Assembly (NCBI RefSeq): GCF_009914755.1
Contig: NC_060930.1
DNA: 64,000 nt
Origin: the human T2T-CHM13v2.0 reference genome, Homo sapiens
Strand: one strand, 5' to 3'
Position numbers and translations under genes: made by a program. Shown piece by piece: positions 42,912 through 54,915 of this stretch (the stretch's first letter is position 1; each line of letters opens with the position of its first letter). Under the pieces are notes generated by a model. That model made no database searches and was not told the DNA's origin. It worked only from the letters and a program-made list of their open reading frames with translations.

Positions 42912-42998
42912 TTTTTTGAGACGGAGTCTCGCTCTGTTGCCCAGGATGGAATGCAGTGGCACAATCTTGGCTCACTGCAACCTCCACCTCCTGTGCAA
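42912..42998 (-). mobile_element. Alu 3' fragment
   Basis: 'ttttgagacggagtctcgctctgttgcccagg...gcaacctccacctcc'. Confidence 0.9.
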
Positions 42999-43460
42999 GG
43001 GGAAGCCCTTCTTCCAAACTCCAAGAAACATGGAAACTCAAACTAATATTCAGAAAACAAAATGGTGACTATGAAATTAAAACGAAAATTGGTGTATTCA
43101 CATGAGAATTTTTTTCTTCCAAGCTGTTATGCAAATTGATGAGCTAGACTCTTCCCACCACAGAAAATGCTAATCAAAGGATGAGATAGCTCGATGTTCA
43201 CAAGCTAATGTATTTAATACCATAGGCTGAACTCTTTAAAGAGCCAGTAACACCCTTTCCCTTCACCTTTCCAGTTAAGAAGTCAATACAGAGGTTATGT
43301 AGGGTTCGAATTTTCACTTATTGCTGGATTGTGGACTTCAACATGGACTTGCAGCCATATTCAGTCTTCCCGTGCCTTCCCTTCAAGTCTAGCCCTTGAG
43401 CTGCCCTCATGGAGAGTTGGGTCTACAAAGCAAGATATCACCAAGCCAGCTGAAAGTGGA

Positions 43461-43806
43461 CGTATTAGTCCGTTTTCATGCTGCTGATAAAGGCATACCC
43501 AGGACTGGGCAATTTACAAAGGAAAGAGGTTTAATGGAAAACTCACAGTTCCTTGTGGCTGGGGAAGCCTCACAATCATGGCAGACGGCACGGAGGAGCA
43601 AGTCACATCTCACGTGGATGGCAGCAAGCAAAAAGAGAGAGCTCATGCAGGCAAACTCCCGTTTATTTAAACCATCAGATCTCGTGAGACTCATTCACTA
43701 TCACGAGAACAGCACAGGAAAGACACGCCCCCATAATTCAATCACCGCCCACTGGGTTACAATTCAAGATGAGATTTAGGTGGGAACACAGAGCAAAAGC
43801 TTATCA
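43461..43806 (-). mobile_element. THE1B-like solo LTR
   Basis: 'gtattagtccgttttcatgctgctgataaag...ttatca'. TSD gtgga/gtggt (4 of 5). Confidence 0.92.
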
Positions 43807-44239
43807 GTGGTGTTGCAGCTGTTGAACAATCTGTTTGCCAAGGAGCTTCCTGAGAGCTTCAAAAGCAGTGGTAGTTAAGGCCTGCCTCTTGAAGATAGTC
43901 CTGATCCAGGTGTACCAACCACATAAAAAAGACAGTCCACAAAGGTCTCAGTGATTTATGCTCAGTCCCTTTCATTAATATTGCCAATCATGTAATCCAT
44001 TCTTTACCCCTTGAAAAGAAGGGAGGGTAGAAGTGGGGGTAGTGTAGAAGAAATAGTGGGAGCTCTGTTCCCAGTTCTTCTGAAGGAGCTGTTCTTGTTT
44101 TGTGAGTCTAAGTGAAAACATTATGTCAAAAAGAATATAGCTTTTTCTTTGCTCTCTGCTCTGTGGAGCCAGGCAGGGTAGGAAAAGGAGATTCCAGGGA
44201 GCTAAGAATTTAAAGCCAGAGTGACTGTCAACATTCCCA

Positions 44240-44405
44240 TAGTGAAACGCAGCTCCCCTTCACTAGTCCTAAATGGTGCCCTATAGAACCCTGGAAGACC
44301 TTCCCGGGGGCACGTCACAACCTCACTGACGCAAAATGTCCTCTTTGGGACTACCAGAAGACACCATGTAGTAACCTTTGTAGGTAGATGGCTGCTGAGT
44401 CACTA
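44240..44405. promoter_or_regulatory. Candidate bZIP-motif cluster
   Basis: CACGTCA (44311-44317), TGACGCAA (44327-44334), TGAGTCA (44396-44402), and 4 CpGs in ~85 bp. Confidence 0.3.
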
Positions 44406-44699
44406 TAATGAACATCTAAAATTTAACATCTTCTCCTTTTACTTTGTATTACCAATGATTTATTTTTTATTCTTTTTAAAAAGAATACAATATAACTTGG
44501 AAAAGAATTGGCTAGATACAGCTCAGTGGACTTAAAACAATGTGCTATATTTGAACAACATCAAATTATTTTTGAAAACCTTGCCAAGTGACTTCAATAA
44601 GATGAGAACTATTAACATGAACTTTTAAAACAGCAAATTTCAAACATTTTTTAGATGTTTTCTGCACTGGATGTTGTAGAGTACTATTTAGATCCTCCC

Positions 44700-45370
44700 T
44701 GAAGACCAAGGCATTCTTTTCCTCAGGTGCTAAGAATCTTGCCTACTGATGACTCACAGCTGAGTCCACCTACAGGCATTTCCCTTCACTGAAAAAAGTT
44801 GTTTCCCCCAATCCTGCACAAACTATGTCCCATCCTGGAAGGCAGCCAATATCCAATGACTGATCATTGTGGAATTAACACGTCCTAACTCTCTTGCCTT
44901 AATTTGGAAAACTCTTTAAGAATCAGCTCAGCACCAGGATTTCCTGTAGGATCAATTGTTGCCATAGCATTAAAATTCAACTTCTATTTTTTGCCCATCC
45001 TCATTGCTCTTGACTGCAGTAAATCATAGTTGTAGACTAAAGAACAGGTCCAATTCTTCTTGCCTTTTCTCTTTTTTTTTTTTTTTTTTTTTGAGACAGA
45101 GTCTTGCTCTGTTGCCCAGGCTGGAGTGTAGTGGTGCAATCCCGGCTCACTGCAACCTCTGCCTCCCGGGTTCAAGTGATTTTTTCTCCTGCTTCAGCCT
45201 CCGGAGTAGCTGGGATTACAGGCACCTGCCACCATGCCCAGCTAATTTTTGTATTTTATTAGAGATGGGGTTTTGCCATGTTGGCCAGGCTGATCTCAAA
45301 CTCCTGTTTGCCCGGGAGCTGGCATAATTTCAAGTCATCTGTGAGACATTCAAGGGGAATCTTAAGTAAA
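44700..45370 (+). mobile_element. LTR16-like ERVL LTR relic containing an Alu
   Basis: 'ggcagccaatatccaatgactga...cttgccttaatttggaaaactct'. Confidence 0.45.
45073..45305 (-). mobile_element. AluS, 5'-truncated
   Basis: Poly-T, right arm and part of left arm, ending at 'ctcaaactcctg'. Confidence 0.9.
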
Positions 45371-46249
45371 TAATCTATTACTTCCTAGGACTAGGCAAGT
45401 TTGGAACAACCCTAAAACCAATAGCACTCTTCCATCTAAAGAGGAAGTTCAGGTCCTGTAACCCTTCAACACTTGCTGTCAAGGCTAAGATACAGTTGGT
45501 TCTCAGTACTAGTGTAAAGGGTTTTGGAGATAAATGTTCTTGCTTCTGTGTAGACTGTCTATATTTGAGAGATCCTCTCATGTCCCTCCCTTTAGGATTG
45601 CTTGGTGCTTTTTTCCATTCTGTCTTCTCTCACGTATATGGGGCAGAAGGATGAGCAAGAGCTCTCTACAACTTGTCAGGGCAAACACTGCCACTTTTAA
45701 AAAGCCAAACAAGGATGAGAATGAGATGCAGAGAAAAGAGGACATGGAGGGAATGCCTTACGCCAATTACTCTAGGTTTTATGGTATAGTATCCGCAAGA
45801 ATAATATTAAGAAGACACGGTGAGGGTAAATTACTCTTCAAGACATTGTCAAGGAAATGAAGGCAGGAGGTGAGACAAGAAACAAGGTGTAGATGTTTTA
45901 AGTATAAAGGGCTTCTGAGCTGCTTTATTCCTAAAGATTACTCAAATTAGTTATTTTGCTGAAGGGCAGGCATCAGTAAGAAAAGACAGTTGCAAGGTGA
46001 GAAATCAGGAGAGAGTAACTGATAAACAACTTCCTTAAAAAGCCTACATGGAAATAGACCAAAAGCACAGGGAAAGATATCAACTTTAAAGTGGAAGAAT
46101 ATTTCATCCTCTGAGACAGGCAATAAAAAGAGGGAATGTAAAGAGGTAGAAAAATTAGGGGGCTAAGAAAATTGTGTATATTGAGAAATATACACAAATT
46201 TCTCAATAAAATCAGAATTGAATTTATCTGCTGAATGTGAGATAGGCCA

Positions 46250-48050
46250 AGGGAATGGTGGGGACATAAGAAATGTGGAAAAGCTGAGGTGCATTTGCCC
46301 TAAAGGAGATAATAGGGGTTAACCAAGGGACCAAATAAACAATTTACTAAACAATAGCAAGGATCTAGATAAGGTTAAAGAGCTTAAATTTGTGATGTAT
46401 TCACTCAACATAATTCTGCGATCAAGGGCTGACTCCTTAAAAAAATAAATTGAGATGGTGGTTGGGTGCCTAGATTTGGAGAGTGACCAGAAAGACAGCA
46501 AAAGGTTGGGGGATGGTGGGGCAGTTGGGAAGGTAGAGTACTAATGGGTGAGAGTGAATGCACAGTTGTATTAGATGACCAATGAAACCATGCTGAGTGA
46601 GATAGAATAGGAATAGAAGGGAAACAACGGCAAGAGCCAAGGAGCTGGATGTCATACTGAAGGTTACAGCAAGAGCCACAAGTAACTGGGAGAAGCAGTA
46701 GGCTGGGAAGCTTAAATCAGATGAGGACAATTAACTGAGAGCACTTTAGACAGGTTCCATTGCCAGACTGCAAGAGCTAGTTCCACCTTACTAAGTAAGG
46801 AGATGAAGTAAATAGAATTGTTGTGAGAGTCCGTATGTGAACACATATAAAGTAGTTAGGTCAGGGTCTGATATGTACTGTTCACTCAATAAATGTTAAG
46901 CTATCATTATATTCCAGAGTTTACCATTGTAGAAGTTCCATAATCAAAACAGGTGAAGCATTACTCAAACTGATAAGGCATAACTTCCAATGATGTATCA
47001 TTTTGCTAATGGAGAGGTGTCATTGAGAATAGATGGCTTCACGCCATCAGGAAGCTGAGGTTTAGTGAAGGCAAAAGCCACTGTATGCATATAGAAACAA
47101 TTTACATTCTATCTTCTGGAGCTCTACCCTCAGTGACTAGGAATGACAGGAAGAGGATATGTTGATATTTATAAATGGAGGCATATTTAGGTGGGAAAAA
47201 ATTGTTTTTGCTTTTCAGATTGTTTTTGCATTTGGGTGCCTCAAAATCACAGTATTAACTATATCCACCTGACAAATGACACATGCAATTAGTTCCACCA
47301 TGAAAACTTCCACATTTCTGAGGTGTCCTGCATCAATGCCAGAATGATCTCTTCTATGCACTGTTCTACCAGGTTTTAGGAGTGCTGCTTAAGTCCATTT
47401 ACAAAACCTTGAAGCTCTCTTGTTTAAACTGAGATATGAGTCTGATGTGCTTCTTTATAACATGTTATGAGAATTCAATTTCAGTAATAGATTAAGACAT
47501 ATCTTGGACATATTTCACAAAATTAAAATGAAATTGATATACCAATTGAACTCATCAACTCAATATAACCATCATCTACACCTAAGGGCACACTAAATAT
47601 CATTTCATGAGCAGGATGAAAAGAGAATTATTTCCAATCAGAATCTCACACAGTTTTAATGTGATTATATCCAGTTGACTAATTGTGTCATTTCCCTTTA
47701 TGTTCATTCATTTAACAAATATTGATCTACTGTCTGTTATGTGTAAGGTACATTCTAGTGGCTGCGTGAAATAAGTGATACAAGTTGGGATAAAACTCCG
47801 ACCTGGGAACTTGCCATCTGTGGGACAGACAGAAAAGTACATATATTAAAAACTAGAATAAAGGGCAGAATGTATACATGGAAGTACTAAAGAAGTAGCA
47901 ATTGATCCTGACTGGGAAAATTTCATAGAGATAACATAAACAAGACAAACATTCATGAGGTAGAGATACTCCAGGCTAATGACTAACATGAGAATAGAAG
48001 GACTGTGTAGAGCAGTGACATGGGGAATATTTGAGTCTTTAGGTGGCTTT
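46250..48050. mobile_element. Degenerate L2 (~46250-46680, ~47700-48050, -) and MIR (~46790-46910, +) fragments
   Basis: 'ttcattcatttaacaaatattg' (L2 3' end, reverse complement); 'cactcaataaatgttaagctatcattat' (MIR end). Confidence 0.55.
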
Positions 48051-48109
48051 GCAAATACCTAGCCTGTTCAACAACCTCTGTGTTGACAAGCACTGTGTCA
48101 AATTCACAT

Positions 48110-48513
48110 TTTTTCCTGAATTTTCTTTATTTTTATTTTTTAATTTTTATTTTTATTTTAAGTTGTGGGCTACATGTGCAGGATGTGCAGGTTTGTTACA
48201 TAGGTAAACATGTGCCATGGTGGTTTGCTGCACCTATCAACCCATCACCTAGGTATTAAGCCTAGCATGCATTAGCTATTTTCCCTAGTGCTCTCCCTCC
48301 CAACCTCACCCCCCAACAGGCCCTGGTGCGTGTTGTTCCCCTCCCTGTGTCCATGTGTTCTCATTGTTCAGCTCCAACTTATAAGTGAGAACGTGCAGTG
48401 TTTAGTTTTCTGTTCCTGCATTAATTTGCTGAGGATGATGGCTTCCAGCTCCATCCATGTCCCTGCAAAGGACGTGATCTCATTCCCTTTTTTGGCTGCA
48501 TAGTATTCCGTAG
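48110..48513 (-). mobile_element. L1PA8-like 3' end
   Basis: L1PA 3' UTR reverse complement. Probable TSD aaattcaca at 48099-48107 and 48514-48522. Confidence 0.9.
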
Positions 48514-49381
48514 AAATTCACACACTTTAAGACATTTCTTAAAAAGTAGCCCCACTCCTGTCCCAATCTTTCTTAGATGCTACTTTATAGATAGTAACTG
48601 GCACCTTTTCTTTATAAATTTGATTTGGACTTTGATATGATATTTCATACATTCAAACATTAGAATGGCCTCTCTTTCATTTTAATAATCATCCTTGAAA
48701 TTTAAAAAAGAATTTCCATGATTATGTTCACATATAACATATACATGTTATTTATTTACATATCAATAATATTTAACGTAGCGTATCAAAGATTTACTTG
48801 TTTTTCATAATTTGTATTTCGGAAAGTTTAGTTGCCAAATTAAAAAAGCTAATGTGTAATTACATTGTAATTTCAAAGTGTAATGTCTCCTTAATAAAAA
48901 AAAAAGTTTTTTAAGATCCCAGAAGATTCTAGAATGAACTGACTTCTTGCTCCCTGTAAATCATTATTCTGGAGTGATTCTAAGTTTATTCTCCTTCTAC
49001 CACCACCTCATTTTAATTCAGTCATAAGTTAAATTAGTCTATACCAGCGTAGGACTTGTCAAGTGCTAGCTGATGGTATACATTATCTTGCTGTACAAAA
49101 GCAACATTAAAAAGTACTTACTCTACTATAGGTAACATTTCTTCTCCCTTTTCATAGACTCTACTTTGCAATTCCATGACCTCTTACAGATAGGGCTTAT
49201 GTTGACAGCACAAATTCATTCTTCTGTGATCATATGACCCCAGAGTCTTATGCAGACAAATGTTATATCATTCCCAGAAGATACCCACCAGAGCTAGATT
49301 TCTTTGCATTGCAAAAGCTAATCTTCTACTGTCATTATCTGGTAGTGTTACTGCAGATTTCAACCTGATGTCAGCCTTTGA

Positions 49382-50233
49382 TGTTACCTGTAAAATCTTC
49401 ACTACTTCAACAGCATAATTGCTTCTTGCTTAAATTCTGGCATAACAAGTGATAACTTGATTCTCACTGCAATTCCCACTGCTGGCTCTATTTGGTTTAT
49501 ATAAAAAACTATTAAGCTTTATTTTTTTAACTTAAAAATCAGAATTCAAGTATACAGCCTTATTTAATCCAAGGACAAAACAATGTTAACAAAAGAACTA
49601 GAGAAACATTTCCTAATTTTAATGAAATTGGAATTCCAAAGTGCCCTGAGCAAATAATGAAGCTCTTGTAGAAAATGATTAGAAAGATTATTTTAAATGT
49701 TTTTTGCTAATAAAACTTTTGAGTGACAAATAGAAAGATAACTTACTACATTTTCTCACAGTTATGTCAGGAAAATGAATAGGTAGCTGAATGTCTTTCC
49801 CAGCTGAAAATGAGCATGAAAATTATACCTGAATGGCATCACGAGTGCAGGGCCCCAGGAAGAGAACCTAAAGAATGCTGCTCCATTTTGGGACTGAGAA
49901 GTTTTAGGTCAGTCCCTGTTTTCTTCTGCACAAAGTAATGGTGAGAATAGCCTTCCTCTATCTGATTCCCTAATAAATAAAAAGTTTATATAATGGATTT
50001 GCAAATATTTTTTAGCCCATACTAGTAAAAATACCACACACTCTTCACACTACAAAAAAGTTATCACCAAATAGAATGGGAAGATTGGCATTGACTTGCC
50101 TGCCTCCCCATTCTAGATTTTATTAAAATTGTAAATATCTCCATCTGTTATCAAAACAAAGGAAGGAAAGGAAGTGTTACCTGTAAAATCTTCACGATTT
50201 CAACAGCATAATCACTTCTTTCTTAAATTCTGG
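49382..50233 (+). repeat. Dispersed 59-bp direct duplication (49382-49440 and 50175-50233)
   Basis: 54/59 identical by manual alignment. Confidence 0.93.
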
Positions 50234-51529
50234 AAGGAAGGAGAAAAAAAGGAAGTGTAATTCTGAAACGTTTATGGTAATAGAGAAGGGCACTAAATTC
50301 CTGAAGGACATTTAATGTTTACTAGTAGTCCCCGGATGAGGAACTTAGAGAGTCTTTGTCTTAATAAAGCCAGAAAATAATTTTAATCTACTTATGTGAA
50401 AATGAAAATTAATTGTAGACACTGCTAGAGAATATGCTTAGTTACTTTTTAAAGACTCAGTAGGACTCCTTGTGCCCTTTCCTGTAAATAGTGTACACTC
50501 ATAGGCACCAAAGATAACATGATTGATCACAATAAGAAAAAGAAAACTCACTTAACCTAAAGCCCCCGTGGCTTCCACTGACAAATCCTCTACAGAAAAA
50601 TTAAAAAATAACAAAATGAATGTTTGTTTGATTTTTTTTCCTTTTGACTTGAAGGCAGAGGTAACCAGGTAGAATATTTAAATGAACAGACACTTGAAAG
50701 ATGAAGAAAATTAAAAATAATTTTAATAATAATCTACACTTAAATAGTTCCTTAAATTAAGAATTACTAGAATATACCTATTTAGTTGACTTTAATTAAG
50801 ACATTTTTATTCCACTTAGACATAACCTCTAGATATCACTGCATGCACCTATTTCACTGATGTGGTAATATCCAAAACATACCAAGTAAGCATATAGATA
50901 AAGAGATAATAGATAAATAGGTAATTAATCATTTCATTTCTCACAACAACCATTTAACAAACTGTCTTCTAACTAAACCAGCATGGCAAAAAAATAAAAT
51001 CCCAGAGATGCATACAATCAGCCTAAAATACAGTAAGCTTTTTTTTTCCTTCCCATGCAATAATACTTAATTTACTCTCTGCCATTTGTTATACTTTGGA
51101 TCCCACAGGAATAAAAACAACTCTTGGAAATAGACCATGCAGTCAGCAAGTACAGCACAGTGAACAGAACACTTAAGATTATGATTCTAAGAGATGGGTC
51201 AGCAATATTCTCCCCTTTTGGCTTTTACTATCTCCTAACATTCTTATGATATCCTTTTTTATAAAGTTCATGTATCCAGATATTCATCTGGACTCAAAAT
51301 CTCAAACATGAATGGAAAACAAAACCATCACCGTCTTTTGAATCAAACAAGTTTCTATAAATGCTGCAGATTATAACAGCAGAAATCATTTCTTCTACAA
51401 GAATTAACATACATTAGATCACACAAGATAGATGATTATACCCAAAGATTTCAGAAGTTATCCACTGTTTCTCAGTTTCTGCTGTAAGTGTGACATCTTC
51501 ATCACAGACACTCACACATCATTCTCTCT

Positions 51530-52120
51530 CCCATCCTGTATTAGCAAATCCCATTGCCATCCTCTGGAAGACTGAGGATCCCAACATCATTAGAATAGTT
51601 ACTATGTTCTTTCTCTCACAGAGTTCTGTCTTCATTCCATTTTTATCTTTTCTGCAAAGTTCATGCTCCCATTATTTCTTATTGAAACTATAGTGACAAC
51701 TTTGCAGTTAGTTTTATGTCTGATCCCTCCCCTTCTGACTCATCCTGTGCATTGCTGCCAACAGTCGTGTTATTAAAACAATAACTTGCGAATTTCAAGC
51801 TCAAAATTCTTACATGATTTCTCATTCAATACAAAATAAAATACAATCTCATCAACCCAGAATTCAAAGTCCTCTACCATATGAAATAGTCTTCTTAACA
51901 ACTATTTGCTGCTGGACACACACAAACATCCACACACCATACTCCTCTTAATTCCTTCAGTCTACACTTTTAGAACTCTGTGTGGCTTTTGTTAAGCTAT
52001 TGTTTAAGCTAAAAGCTCTTCTTCCAAGCCATCTCTTCCTTAACAGTTCAAATACCACTTTTTCTTACATCCATTAGTTGATTTTTTTCTTGAATTTTTA
52101 TTGTACTTTAATTCTTCCTT
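51530..52120 (+). mobile_element. Degenerate L2
   Basis: 'catcctgtgcattgctgcc...gctcaaaattcttacatgatttctcatt...ttcaaagtcctctacca'. Confidence 0.55.
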
Positions 52121-52564
52121 TATTTTGATGCTGAACACTGCTTTTTCTATAACATACGTGAGTGCATACATATGTATTATATATGCATTTTTTAGCTCCT
52201 TAAAAGTTAAGAACTATGTCTTAGTAATCTTGACATAGAAGATTCTAAAAATAGTATTTATTAATTTCTATTGCAAGTTGGTAATAAGGCAATGATATTT
52301 TCCATAAAGAAAAATGAGAGTAGAACTTTATTTTAGTTTGTTGATATTTTGACTAATTGACTTACAAAATGGGAGTTGGAGTATAGGGTTGGGAAGAGAG
52401 TAGATTAATGCAACTGTAGAAATACTTAGAAAACAGGGGCAAAAAGAGGAAAGCCTAATTACTTGAGCCCAGAAGTATTTTATGAAAAAAAAATTACTTT
52501 CACTTAAATATGACTGAATCCAGCTAGTCTTCCTTTTCAGGTAAGTTAGAAAAACGAATATTTC

Positions 52565-53162
52565 TGTATTAGTCAGGGTTCTCCAGAGAGAGAGAACCAA
52601 AAAAGGATGGATGGATGGATGGATGGATGGACATATGGATGGATGGATGGGTGATAGACGAGAGAGAATTTATTAGGGCAATTGGCTCACATGATCATGG
52701 AGGCTGAGAAGTCCCACAACCAGGCAGGCTGCAAGCTTGAGACCCACAAAAACTAGTAGCAAGTCTTAGACCAAGCCCGAAAGCCTCAGAACTAGAGAAG
52801 CTGATAGTGTAGCTCTCAGTCTAAGGCCAAAGGCCTGAAAAACTGGAAGCTGCTGACGTAAGTCCTGGAGTTGAAAGACTGGAGAGCCTGGAGTTCTGAT
52901 GTTCAAGGACAGGAGAAGAAGGATGCCCCAGCTCCAGGAGAGAAAGAGAATTTGCCTTTCCTTGGCCATTTTGTTCTGTTAGGGCCCCCAGATGATTGAT
53001 GGTCCCCATTTACATTTCCTGGATCTTCCCCACTCAGTCCAATGACTCACACACCAATCTCCTCTAGAAACACCCTCACAGACACATCCAGAAATAACAC
53101 TTTACCAGCTCTTTAGGAATTCCTTAATCCAGTAAAGCTGATAGCTAAAATTAACCATCACA
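52565..53162 (-). mobile_element. MLT2B-like solo LTR with internal (GGAT)n
   Basis: 'tgtattagtcagggttctccagaga...ctaaaattaaccatcaca'; (GGAT)n at ~52605-52650. Confidence 0.9.
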
Positions 53163-54549
53163 ATGTCTATTCAGTTTAGTTTGCATCACAGTCTCTTGGC
53201 CACTTCTGTTTCTTCAATAATGTTGCTAGTGCAGGGCATGCTACAATTAAGGATAGACTGGAAATCTAAAACCTAAAGCTGAAGAGGAATAGTCACCAAA
53301 CACATGAACCCTATTATACTTCTAGTCCTAAAAGTCAATTTGAAAGAGTATTATGTTTTCAAATTCCTAAAGTCATGTGTGTTTTGTTATTAATGGTTCT
53401 TTATAGATTAAATGAATCTTCACTTCTAGTATGATTGAATATTATTCATTCTTCAGTTCATTGCCAGAAAGCCAAGTGCAGTAAGTCTTTTCAAGTTTAA
53501 CCCCTCTGATCAAGGCATAAAGTTTATGTGACTAAACTAAGAACATAATTTTCTAGAAACAGAAATTTAGAAACAGACAGATAATGACTTATTCATTAAT
53601 TTTAGAATATTTTGTCTTTATATAAAACATATGTTTCTTGACTGTGATTAATAGGGACAATTTTATTCATTTCAAAAACGAAAATGATACAAGAAAAGCA
53701 AGTAAAAATCCAAGCATTATTAAATGACACAATGAAGCTTCGTAGCACATTCAAGTTTAATACAACTTTAGAATTTTATGAATCTAGGTTACTTGCTTGG
53801 GATCAGGGAGCAAATTCAATTTTATGTGTTACTATAACCCAGAATCTAAATGTTCTTGCTATCCTGTACAAATATAGGTTGCATATTTTGAAGAGTACAC
53901 TTTCTGATTTTTTATTTACTTTTTTGTGGTGGATAAAGGCTGCAATTTAGCTCAAAATCACATGACTCAGTGATTCATGGAGTTGCAGTTAGGTGTATAG
54001 GCTCTTCACTATGCATAGGAAGCCAGCCGTTGTGCCACTGGGAGGTATTTTGTCACTTAACAACCTACTATAGAAGTAAACAAGAAAGCAAATTTTTCAT
54101 GCCTTTTTTTTTTTTTTTGTATTTCAGTGAAACCTACAAACCATTATATTGTAAATAAATCCTTTGGCACATAACCAATATATTTCTTTTCTGTCTCTAA
54201 CTCCAGTAACTTCTGTCTTTGTTGACAGAATAGCATGTCACCAGTGCCTTTTGGGAGTATACAATTTATCTGTATAACATTTTGGTACAGAGAATTGTCT
54301 ATTGGTCTTTCTTCCAATTGGTTTAGAGCAAAATAAGAAGTGTATACAATGTGAGTTCAAAGACCTGTCATTATAAAGGGAATAGAAATGAACACAAAGC
54401 CTATAAATTTTTATAATAAGAGTTTGAACTGATCTCAAAGTAAAGAAACAGAATTAGAGTTATAAACATTTAGAAAGAAAAGAAAAAGCAACAGTAAACT
54501 AATCACATTTATAACCGTTGCTCTCTCCACTTTCAATTTTGCAAGGAAA

Positions 54550-54915
54550 CTGTTGAAGAGAGTGCTAGATTCTGTGAAATGGAAAAATACCTCCCTCAAA
54601 GGGCTGTTGAGAGGATTCAGTGAGATACATTTCTAAGGCACATATCCTGACACAAGAAAAGCATGTGATAAATAGCAGCTGAGGGAAGTTGTAGTAATTG
54701 TAATCAAAAGGCTGGGTTCTCAGTATCTTTTTGATCGCCTAATAGCAGCCTCTAGCATGTCTTTAACCTGTCTAACCTTCAGGCTCCTCAAAGGTAGAAG
54801 CAAAATATAATCCCTACTATGTAGACTTTCCCCACATTGTTATGAAATCAAATAAGAGAAGTAGATAGAAATATCTTTAAAAGTATAATTAGTTGTACAA
54901 ATATAAGATATTATT
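54550..54915 (+). mobile_element. MIR/MIR3 fragments
   Basis: 'ctgtgaaatggaaaaatacctccctcaaagggctgttgagaggattcagtgagata'. Confidence 0.6.

Noticed and set aside
52605-52650. (GGAT)n array; also (TAAA)n ~9795, (TG)n ~57400, (CAC)n ~58515
   Set aside because: Common microsatellites with no repeat-spacer structure.
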